The translations under genes were made by a program, and so were the position numbers. Positions 11,134-20,396 of a DNA stretch of 64,000 nt are shown here, in pieces. This DNA comes from Bilabrum cf. latius (taxonomy: Eukaryota), in assembly GCA_965178125.1 (NCBI GenBank), contig OZ237755.1, positions 620,001-684,000 of the forward strand, written 5' to 3'. The notes below the pieces were generated by a model. It saw only the letters and a program-made list of their open reading frames with translations. It searched no databases and was not told the origin of the DNA. Position 1 is the stretch's first letter. Every line of letters begins with the position of its first letter.

Positions 11134-13182
11134 TTATTGTATTCTAGAACACCAAGCACCATTAACATTACCTGTTGACCATAATTCTATTTCCATAGTT
11201 TGTAAATTATAATTACGATTAACTGGGGTATTCATTATTGTTGTTGTATTTGTCTGTCTGTTAAATTCGTAAATCCCTGCGGTTGTCGGAATTGAATTCC
11301 CATTCGATACATTACTTGTTTCATAGCGAATAGATACTAATGGTGAATTCTCTATTAGTATTCTATGAACTACCGCTGGATCATTATTTGTACTTTTAAA
11401 TACTGCCAGTTTAATTGTTATTTCTAATAGATTAGTTCTTGTCATAACTCCTATGTATCTAAAAGTATCTTTAATTCCAGGTTGAATTGTGAACGTGTTA
11501 GTATTAGGATCGATAATTTCTTGATTTCTTAGTCCCCGTCTTGGAAATATAGAGTTACTTGTTTCTTTTCCATCTTGTGTATCATATTTAGTACGATATG
11601 ATCCATTAATTAGTATTTCTGAAGTTTGAATTTTAGCGTCTACATTAGTATTACCAAATGTAATACTCTCTAATCCTATGATAGAATTATTATTAGCATC
11701 ATTACCAGTTGTTAACACTGAAGATAAATTAGATTGTGTTGATGGTAAATTATCCACATAAGCTTTAGTTACTGCATCAGTTGACAATGTAGGAGTTGCC
11801 AAATTTGTAATTTTAGTATTATTCATATCTAAATCGTTTAATGTTGTTGCATTTGTGACGTTTAAAGTTCCAGTGACTGCAAGATTAGAACCCATAGCAA
11901 CATTACCTGTAAAATTGCCGTCCCCTTGAACTAAAAAGTTTTGATTTACAATGATACTTTTATTTATTCTAACTCCTCCGTCAAATACAACGCTTTCATT
12001 ATCTGTATTATTAAAATTAACTAATCCGTTAACTTCTAATGCTCCTAGTGTGGATGTTCCAGTGACTCCATGAGTTCCAGAAACGGACACGTTGGATAAT
12101 GAAGATGATCCAGTTACGGACAAATCACCTTTAACGTCTGCGTTTTGTTCAAATGAATGATCTACTTTCGAAATAATTGTTTCTGGTGCTGAATCATTTA
12201 ACCCCACATCAACCCTAAATAATTCTTTATTAGGGTCACCTGAAATATTAGTATTTGGGATTTTTGTAACACTGAATCCTTCATATCCAACGGACATATA
12301 CATGCCATTTCTTGAATTAGTGTTGGGCGTCGTTGGGTCAAATACTTGATTTGATGAATCATACTTTATATTATATCCAATATGTGTATAATCTGTTTGT
12401 CTAGGTCCTGCAGGAAAGCAACCACCCCCAAACATCGCCCCATTTTGATTATATCCAGTTATCCATATACCTTCGTTTGTGTTGGGATTATTGGTGTTCA
12501 AATTTAAAACCTTATTTGGTAAAATCGTTTTAATAATGTTAGCGTCTAACTCTCCATTTACTGAAATATTACCATTAACATTTAAATTTTTGGCAATACC
12601 AACACCACCAGCGGAAACAATAGAACCATTTGTGTGATCACTTGAATCTGTAGTGTCATCTGCATTTATTTGTACTTTTGAGTCAACAGTTGAACCTAAA
12701 TATAAATTGTAATTTTCCCATCCTGTAGTTCTTTGATTTCCTGACTTATTACCTGTCCAAAAATATATATTTCTTTCTCCATTTCTTTCATCGGAATAAA
12801 TACCCATAGCAGGTTTCCAGTTAGCTGTTGGGTCTCCTCCTTCAATCAATAATGCACCTTCTGGGATTGTCATGGTTGTACCCCATCCGCTGTCATGTGC
12901 AGAACTAAAACCTTCTAAAGTTAAAGCATTGGCATTTACATTACCTCCAATATTTGCATTTCCAGTAGTTCCAATAGTTCCAACATTTTGAATGTTACGA
13001 CCGTTTGCATTGTCTCCAATGGTCAAAACTTGATCGATATTTGCACCATCCCCTGCTATAGCTGCGTCGACATATTCCTTCGTTGCTAGTTGGGTATTTT
13101 CTGTTATTCTTGTATTTGAAACAATGACACGACTAGCTCTAAGATCCAAATTATTATTTGATAGTAAATTAGATATACTCAT
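11134..13182 (-). CDS. Long fibre-like protein
   Basis: N/G/T-rich beta repeats, xTKxYVD neck motifs (LATKEYVD, AVTKAYVD), GGVGIAKNL repeats typical of viral fibres. Confidence 0.65.
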   Translation of the reverse strand: MSISNLLSNNNLDLRASRVIVSNTRITENTQLATKEYVDAAIAGDGANIDQVLTIGDNANGRNIQNVGTIGTTGNANIGGNVNANALTLEGFSSAHDSGWGTTMTIPEGALLIEGGDPTANWKPAMGIYSDERNGERNIYFWTGNKSGNQRTTGWENYNLYLGSTVDSKVQINADDTTDSSDHTNGSIVSAGGVGIAKNLNVNGNISVNGELDANIIKTILPNKVLNLNTNNPNTNEGIWITGYNQNGAMFGGGCFPAGPRQTDYTHIGYNIKYDSSNQVFDPTTPNTNSRNGMYMSVGYEGFSVTKIPNTNISGDPNKELFRVDVGLNDSAPETIISKVDHSFEQNADVKGDLSVTGSSSLSNVSVSGTHGVTGTSTLGALEVNGLVNFNNTDNESVVFDGGVRINKSIIVNQNFLVQGDGNFTGNVAMGSNLAVTGTLNVTNATTLNDLDMNNTKITNLATPTLSTDAVTKAYVDNLPSTQSNLSSVLTTGNDANNNSIIGLESITFGNTNVDAKIQTSEILINGSYRTKYDTQDGKETSNSIFPRRGLRNQEIIDPNTNTFTIQPGIKDTFRYIGVMTRTNLLEITIKLAVFKSTNNDPAVVHRILIENSPLVSIRYETSNVSNGNSIPTTAGIYEFNRQTNTTTIMNTPVNRNYNLQTMEIELWSTGNVNGAWCSRIQ

Positions 13183-13952
13183 TTTATAAATTAAGATTAG
13201 AAATTTATTCTAACTTTAATTTAATATATTATAATTTTTAAGTTTCTAATGTTCCCATTATTTCGGCTACTAGGTCGTCATCTGCATCGTCTGCTTCTCC
13301 TTCTGATTCACTTTCAAATAACACTGCTAGTCCATCGGCTTCGTCACCTTCACCATCGGCTACTCTTCTTCTTCTTTCTCTTCTTTCTTCTCTTCTTTCT
13401 TCTCTGGTTCTTGCTCTGTCTTCTCTAACTCTTTTCATTTTATTGGCTCTTCTTTTAAACCTATTGAATAATTGCACCTTACGCACTCTGTCGGCTTCAG
13501 CTGCAAGTACTTTTGCTTCGTCTCTGAGTGGTTGCATTTTTGCTCTTAATTCTGTTAGTGTTTCTCTTGCTCCTTCAAAAGCTTTTTTCTTTTCTCGTAA
13601 GTCTTTAGCTTCTTTGAATTCTCTCAATCTTTCATTTAATTCTTCTTCACGTTCTTCTATTTCATTTCTCACACTTGCTTTAATTTCTGGGAAACTTGCT
13701 TTAACCTCTTTTAATATATTGCGCACATCAACTAAATCTTGAATCGGAGAGGCTGAAACATACTTTTCATATAAATCAACAAAATCTTCGGCACTAAGTC
13801 CTTTAATATCTCTATTATAATTTAAACCTTTCTCGTCTCTTTCTGATGGTGTTAATATTTCATCTAAGAAAGTATTAAATTTACCTTTTAATGATGATAT
13901 CTGTCTTTTAACGTCTCGCATTTCTGTAGGTAATGGTTTAGCACTCTTTAAT

Positions 13953-14128
13953 TGATCCTAACGCCGGATGGGGTTCGGTGTTGATGCCAGAGTGGGAGCG
14001 CGTGAACGTCTCGTTGGGTTCCGATGGCGGTTGCGACCGGGAAGGTGCGACCAAGCCAACGGATTGCTTGCGATGACGCGCATACCCTCTCTGTGTTCAG
14101 GAGAGGGGCGGAGATTGGGTAATTTTTG
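13953..14128 (+). repeat. Ngaro repeat A1 (176 bp; A2 at 16233-16408)
   Basis: Direct repeat at offset 2280. Confidence 0.92.
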
Positions 14129-15148
14129 GGCCTCACCTACGACTTGATCAAACACGAGGTGCGGTGCCCTAAGGACAAGGCCACCGACGTCCTGCGCAGA
14201 CTGCACGAGGCACTCACGACGAAGGGGATGCTGCTGTCTAGCTTTGAGACCTTGGTCGGCAAGTTGTCCTTCCTGTCGGGCGCACTTTATGGTATGCGCG
14301 GTGCTCTACGTCCCCTGTATGACGCCAAGGGCTGGGCCCTTCACAAGTAGGCCAGCCGGTCACGACCAGGTGAGGTGTGGGTCCCCACCTCCTTCGTGTC
14401 CAAGGGTGGCTTCACAGTTGGGGAAATCCTCGAGGGATTCCAGGTGGCTATCCAGCGCAAAGGCGGGCGCAGTTTTCCGATGCGGGGCACCATTGACTGT
14501 CCCATCATTCGCACTGATGCGTCGGTGACAGGCTACGGCGCCGAGCTACTTCTCCACGACACGGACGGAAACATCACATCGCACACCGGCATCCACGGCA
14601 CTTGGCCGCATCGCCTAGAGGCGAAGGATGTAGCGGCGGCAGAACTTGCAACATGTTTGTTGGCACTGGCGCATTGGCGACAGCACCTGCGTGGACGTGT
14701 GGTGCGTTTGTGGTGTGATAATGATGCTTCCGTGTAGCTGATACGCTACGGCAGACCCAAGAGCCACATCATGGCAGCCTTACTTCGCCCTATCTTCGTA
14801 CTGCAGACAACGCAAGATGTGCAGATTCACGTGAAACACATTCCTGGCGAGGACAACATCGTTGCGGACGCTTTGAGCCGCGGCTCACAGGAGGCATACA
14901 CGCACCTGGACGCGGTGTATCAGGTCGACTGTCCCACGCCGATCTGGAGGACCTTGTACAAGCACGACCATTTCACGCTGGTGGCCACTCTGGACTCAGT
15001 GGGTTGCGCACGGCGTGGGGGCACTTCGACAACTTCCTCACGTGGTACGACATCGACCGCAGCTTCATGGACGGGCATCTTCCAGCAGCTCGCAGACTCT
15101 TCGCGTTCAGGCTCAATGCAGCGCTCTCGAGATTTGCAGTCTTCTTAG
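14123..15148 (+). pseudogene. 5'-truncated reverse transcriptase (from the FLG motif) plus RNase H
   Basis: FLGLTYD, LVGKLSF, IRTDASVTGYG, AELA, WCDN, HIPGEDNIVADALSR in one frame across TAGs at 14348-50 and 14735-37. The frame stays open to TGA 15866-68 if TAG is Gln. No YxDD region. Confidence 0.85.
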
Positions 15149-16062
15149 GGGAATGTTCGCCTCTCAGTGGCGGCACCATCGCTACATACACCAGAAATGC
15201 CTAGCGAGTCGTCATCGAGTCCACAGGAGCGTGCGGCGTCCCACGGTCAAGCTAGCTCGACAGCATCCTCCGGTACTACCACAAAGCATCGCCATCGGCG
15301 CACCCGTGGCGTCGATCTTCAGCCCCACTCCGCGCAATCCGACGGTGTTTCTCGACAGCCGGTTGCAGCACAACAGAGTAGGCTGCTCGGGCAGCTGTCT
15401 GTCTCTGCTTCTGTGGGGGCCTCCGGCTGGGAGAGCTCGTCGGTGCGTCCAGACGACAAGCCGGCCTCCAATGGCAGCAAGTGCAGTTCATCACGCGAGA
15501 CGGACGCATCCATGGTGTTGCCATCCGCCTGGGCCTCCACAAAGCCGACGGTCCAGCCAAGTTCTCCATCCAAGCCGCAGAGCCCATCGCAGTCCATTGC
15601 AGAGCCGGACGATGGGCAGTCACAGGCAGCAGGTTCTGCGGCGTGCGAGCCTTCGTGGCGTGGGCAGCAGCGAGCCACGCCCCAACTGCAGGCGCAGACG
15701 AAGACTACGCCCGGTAGCTGGCGCTCAGCTGCCCCACGTCAGGGCCAGTCTTCGTGGCGAACACGAAGCCGATCGTCAAGGCGCAGGTCGTACGGGCGCT
15801 CCGCAGCTTCTGCTCACGAGAAGTTGCAGGAGCGGTGCACGGACATTCCATCCGCATCGCGGCAGTGATGTGTTTGGACCGTGCTGGGGTCGCCTTCGAG
15901 GTCATTAGGCGATTCGGCAGATGGAAGTCGGCATCTGCATGCGAGGTGTACTTGCGGGGCGTCAGGGAAGGCTTGCCTCCTCTGGAGCTCGGCGGCAGGA
16001 GCCTCGATTTGAACAGGCCAGTGTGGGTGCTGGCCAGCGCGCTGCGGCTGAACTTGGAGTGA
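15004..16062 (+). CDS. DIRS/Ngaro tyrosine recombinase (start uncertain; four in-frame TAG)
   Basis: GGLRLGEL, HSIRI, GRWKS and VYLR catalytic motifs in one frame (ORFs 15004, 15481, 15754); ends at TGA. Confidence 0.88.
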
Positions 16063-16102
16063 GCCACACAGCCGCAGCGTACAAGACATGGCGGTAAGAT
16101 TT

Positions 16103-16233
16103 GGCGGAGTAGTGCACGTGCTCTTCCCAGCCCCGGTCAGTCCGGTCAAGGGTAGCGCACAGGCACAGCTTTGTCAGGTCTTGCCATGTCTGATTGTTAA
16201 CGAGACTAGGTTGCGCGTACACTCTGGCATCAT
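16103..16233 (+). repeat. Ngaro repeat B1 (131 bp; B2 at 16435-16565)
   Basis: Direct repeat at offset 332. Confidence 0.92.
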
Positions 16234-17436
16234 GATCCTAACGCCGGATGGGGTTCGGTGTTGATGCCAGAGTGGGAGCGCGTGAACGTCTCGTTGGGTT
16301 CCGATGGCGGTTGCGACCGGGAAGGTGCGACCAAGCCAACGGATTGCTTGCGATGACGCGCATACCCTCTCTGTGTTCAGGAGAGGGGCGGAGATTGGGT
16401 AATTTTTGCCCACCCTCCCAACCCCCTCCTCCTCGGCGGAGTAGTGCACGTGCTCTTCCCAGCCCCGGTCAGTCCGGTCAAGGGTAGCGCACAGGCACAG
16501 CTTTGTCAGGTCTTGCCATGTCTGATTGTTAACGAGACTAGGTTGCGCGTACACTCTGGCATCATCATAAAATTTATTTCTTTCTGAAAAATCAGTTACA
16601 ATTATCTCAATTAAATCCTCTTTAGATAATTCTTTTTCTCTTACTAATTCTGCAACATCTCTATCAGGTTCAACCGCTTGAACATCTCTTATTAACATTT
16701 GTAACGGTCTATCTTTTAAAATACCTCTTAGTTCTTCTTGTGCATTCGTAATATCCCTATCAATTGCAGAACGTGGACTTTTAAATTTAGATAAATCTTT
16801 ACCCAGCATTGTTTCAATTCTAAACCTAAGCTCTGTTTTTGGTACTCCGTCGGGTATTTCTAAACCTTTTCGTATTTCTTCAATTTCTTCATCACTAAAT
16901 TCATCAATTTTAGTTGTGCTTAACTGTTTTAGTAATACTTGAAACTGTGCATCAGTAATTAATTTATTTGTCGCCAAACTTTCAAGTTCTAATGTTTTAT
17001 TTTGAATTTTTACTTTTTCTCTTTCACTTGATGGTAATGTTTCAATTTTTCCTACGAATTGCTTTAAAAAACTATTAACCCTGCCGATCATTGGTAAACT
17101 TGGGTTTTCTTTTAACATTATTTCCTTCATTCTATCTAAATTAACATTAATTTTTGTTGCATTGTCAGAATTTAAACCATCAACTAGTTCGGATACAACG
17201 GTTCTTAATACTGAGTCCATACGTTGCTCTCTTCTTCTAAGCTCTAGGGGCTGAAATTGCGACGATAACACTATATCATCCCTTCTTTTTTGATCTCTTA
17301 AAGCCTCTAAAATAGATTGTCTTTCATTCTTTAAACTTAAATTTCTATTTTCTACTCCTTTATTGGATTCTTGACGTCTTATATTTTGCTGTCTTAGTAT
17401 ATTTCTTAATTCAGTTGACATATAATATATTTACAC

Positions 17437-17454
17437 TAGAAAAAAATTAATCTA
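17437..17454. promoter_or_regulatory. Back-to-back TCTA late-promoter motifs for the two divergent genes
   Basis: TAGA 17437-40 and TCTA 17451-54 are each 15 nt from an ATG; the same motif precedes most viral genes. Confidence 0.65.
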
Positions 17455-17469
17455 ATGTTATTCTATATA

Positions 17470-18318
17470 ATGGAAATTAACAATAAAACCATCAAACTAT
17501 TTAATACTGACCATTCCGCATTGTTTAAAGATCTTATGTTAATAAAAGATGCAGATATGTTATTAAATGGTTCTTTTCCTATTTCATTTTTTGCTTCTGA
17601 TCTTGATTTATATATGAAATTAGAAATGAAACAATATAAACTTCTTTTACGTGAACTATTCAGCTTTCTAATTGACATTGGTGATCACATAGATGTTAGT
17701 GAACTTAAAATAGGTAAAAAGAAAGCAGGAACACAAAGAAAAGCTATCAAATTACTTGCTGATGAACTAGAAAACCCAAAGTATATTAACCAAGATAAAA
17801 AATGGGTTAAACTTGATTTAATAGTATTTACTAATGGGTATTATGAAGAGGTTACGATAATTTATGATTTTGGTGATTCAATTATGGGAAAAACTAAAGA
17901 TGAAATAACAGAAGATTTAATAGAAGACGCCATGAAATTGGAAAAAGAAGGAAAATATTATAAAGCCCTTAAGAGATTGCGTGAGATATACCGAAGAACA
18001 GGATACGACGATAAAATGGAAGAAATTAATAGTTTGTTAAGTTCTGACAATGTGGGTTTTTTATATCTTACTAATGCAAGACTTGAAGCACTTAAAAATG
18101 TACGAGATACAACGGCAACTAAAAACTATGTTATGAATAATATTAAAGAGGATTTAATGGTTAGACTTAAAAATATGTTTAATTTGGATCTTAAGAAATC
18201 AGATTTTAAAATGAAAAATATTAGTAAAATACAAAAAGAAGTTATGAAAAAATTACATTCTTATATCACAAATGACGTTAAAAACGAAATTAAGGCATTC
18301 AAGCGTTTAATTAAATAA
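17470..18318 (+). CDS. Putative Pol-beta superfamily nucleotidyltransferase
   Basis: LLNGSFPISFFASDLDLY matches hGS...DhD; candidate third Asp in VKLDLIV. Start chosen by TCTA spacing (alternative 17455). Confidence 0.55.
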   Translation: MEINNKTIKLFNTDHSALFKDLMLIKDADMLLNGSFPISFFASDLDLYMKLEMKQYKLLLRELFSFLIDIGDHIDVSELKIGKKKAGTQRKAIKLLADELENPKYINQDKKWVKLDLIVFTNGYYEEVTIIYDFGDSIMGKTKDEITEDLIEDAMKLEKEGKYYKALKRLREIYRRTGYDDKMEEINSLLSSDNVGFLYLTNARLEALKNVRDTTATKNYVMNNIKEDLMVRLKNMFNLDLKKSDFKMKNISKIQKEVMKKLHSYITNDVKNEIKAFKRLIK

Positions 18319-18411
18319 CATTTTAAAATTGTTGCATGACTATCTTTCTTTTTTTGTCAAATTCAAAAAATATTTTCTATTATATAAATATTATCTATAC
18401 TAAATTATAAT

Positions 18412-19473
18412 ATGTTTAGTTACAGCGGAGGAGATGATTCAATACCCATTGCATACCGTAAATATACAGGTAATAACCAGCAAAGCAAGAATAAAATATT
18501 ATATTATGACAATGAATGTAAAAATAAAGAATTAGAGCCCGAAGATATTACAGATGACCAATTATATGCAATCTTTGGAACTCATGCGGTAAGATCAAAG
18601 AAAGCTAAAGAACAGAAAAAGCAAGAATTAATAAATTTATATAATGGAACAGAAGAAGCCCAAAAATTCAACAGTGAAGAGATAAAAGATAAATCAATGT
18701 TTCGAGTTATTCCGTATTCACTAGGTCATACTGAAGATGACTCATTTAATAGATTCGTATTCTTTTTAAATGGTAAGTCTGGTTCTGGAAAGTCATATTT
18801 TTCAACTGAAATAATGGAAATGTCACGAAAATTTGGAATTAAAAAGATTTATGTGATCACGGATGTCAAAGATTCTAAATTTGGAAAAGTGAAATATTTA
18901 GATATTAATTCATTAGTTGGTGAAAATGTGAGCCATGAAGACGCAAAAAAAGAGTATGAAAAAGCAAAGATTAAATTTAAATACAAAAAGAAAATGTATG
19001 CAGATGACCCAGAAATGCTAATGAAGTTAGAATTAATGTTACATGATATGAAACCAGACGGAAAAGGCAAAGATAAATTTGAGTTTAAAATAGATCAAGA
19101 AGCAAGAGATGCTATATTTCAAGATTCATTAGTTTTATTTGATGATTACGAAAATAACCCAGATATTGGAAAGATTGAATTTTTAAGGGACACCCTATTA
19201 ACCAAGGGGAGACACACTAAGACTAATTTAATTATATGTAATCACAAAGGGTCAGATGGTGCACATATGAAGTTAATTAAAATTGAAACGACCGATTATG
19301 TATTTTTTAGTAAAGGTACAGACCATGAACGTAATTATTTATTAAGAACTTATTTAGGATTCAATAAAGAACAAATTAAAAGGGTTAAACTAGCATTGAA
19401 AAAATCTAGATGGATTAGTATAAACCCAGATATAGGCTATATGATAAGTCAAAAGGAAGCGATAAAAATTTAA
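18412..19473 (+). CDS. FtsK-HerA-type genome packaging ATPase
   Basis: GKSGSGKS, LVLFDD, KGRH arginine finger, LIICNH. Confidence 0.9.
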   Translation: MFSYSGGDDSIPIAYRKYTGNNQQSKNKILYYDNECKNKELEPEDITDDQLYAIFGTHAVRSKKAKEQKKQELINLYNGTEEAQKFNSEEIKDKSMFRVIPYSLGHTEDDSFNRFVFFLNGKSGSGKSYFSTEIMEMSRKFGIKKIYVITDVKDSKFGKVKYLDINSLVGENVSHEDAKKEYEKAKIKFKYKKKMYADDPEMLMKLELMLHDMKPDGKGKDKFEFKIDQEARDAIFQDSLVLFDDYENNPDIGKIEFLRDTLLTKGRHTKTNLIICNHKGSDGAHMKLIKIETTDYVFFSKGTDHERNYLLRTYLGFNKEQIKRVKLALKKSRWISINPDIGYMISQKEAIKI

Positions 19474-19504
19474 GTTATAATAATTTTCTTAACTATTTAT
19501 ATTA

Positions 19505-20068
19505 ATGGATAGCGAAGAATTAAAAAAACTTGTTGGAACATATCTTAGTCCTCAAGAATTAAAAGAACTATGGAACAAACATCCACACACCAAAGGTTCA
19601 GCTCCTCGTGTTGTATTATATGACGATATTATAAATTCTCCATCAATTAAATCATTATTTCAAGGAGATAATAAATTAATTGTATTTTATCCAATGATTA
19701 AACAAGGAAATGCAACATCGGGGCATTATGTAGCTTTAACAAAAAAGGGAAATACTATTTATTTTTATGATAGTTACGGCGGACTCCCTGATGTTGGGCA
19801 AAAAAAATATGCAGATTTGAATTTATATCAAGAATCTAATAATACACTGATTAGACATTTATTAGATAGTGGATATGACGTGGATTATTCACCATATAAG
19901 CATCAAGGAGAAGGTTCTCATATAGCGAGTTGTGGAAGGCACTCATTAAACCGCGTACACTATGCCGATCTTACAAATGATCAATATAATCAACTAATGC
20001 AAGAGGCAAAAAAGAAACTTAAAAATAGACATTCAATAGATGAAATAGTTACGATGGCTTTTCATTAA
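19505..20068 (+). CDS. Maturation cysteine protease (adenain/Ulp1-like)
   Basis: GHYVAL...FYDSYG...HQ...SCGRH, giving the H-D-Q-C arrangement. Confidence 0.9.
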   Translation: MDSEELKKLVGTYLSPQELKELWNKHPHTKGSAPRVVLYDDIINSPSIKSLFQGDNKLIVFYPMIKQGNATSGHYVALTKKGNTIYFYDSYGGLPDVGQKKYADLNLYQESNNTLIRHLLDSGYDVDYSPYKHQGEGSHIASCGRHSLNRVHYADLTNDQYNQLMQEAKKKLKNRHSIDEIVTMAFH

Positions 20069-20129
20069 GGAGTATAAAAAAGCGATAGAGTCAAGCCTCC
20101 ATATATTGAACTCTTAATATTTACAATTA

Positions 20130-20211
20130 AGTTAAATCCAAATTCGTACTTATTGCACCCTTTTGATTCTCCGAATCAAGAGGGTGCAAAAGTACGAATT
20201 TGGATTTAACT
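20130..20211. repeat. Long imperfect hairpin homologous to the TIR hairpins (6936-6993, 28761-28818)
   Basis: Arms AAATTCGTACTT.TTGCACCCT.TTGATTC / GAATCAA.AGGGTGCAA.AAGTACGAATTT with a 3-nt loop. Confidence 0.85.
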
Positions 20212-20396
20212 AATATACCGTATTTTCTAAATTCGTATTTTTGCACCTTTTAGGTAGAATTTATAGCCCATAGAATTTAACGCCTTTTATGATTAATCAT
20301 TATCACTTTTTAGTCAGAATTTAACGCCTTTTTTGGTGGTAAAACGCGGGGGTAAAATATCTAAAGAAAAAAATATATAGTATTTATATATATAAA

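Larger units (their letters stand above)
13954..16565 (+). mobile_element. Ngaro-type (DIRS order) tyrosine-recombinase retrotransposon, internally deleted, 2612 bp
   Basis: GC-rich island with split direct repeats A1-ORFs-B1-A2-B2, RT C-terminus/RNase H and YR genes; no TSD. Confidence 0.92.
13238..17421 (-). pseudogene. Virophage coiled-coil protein gene (523 aa reconstructed) interrupted by the Ngaro insertion
   Basis: Removing 13954-16565 joins ORF 17421..16566 in frame to 13953..13238 (...NKFY-E-LKSAKPLPTEMRDVK...). Confidence 0.85.

Noticed and set aside
16174-17421. 415-aa ORF as an intact gene
   Set aside because: It is a chimera: after 16566 it reads into the antisense retrotransposon repeats.
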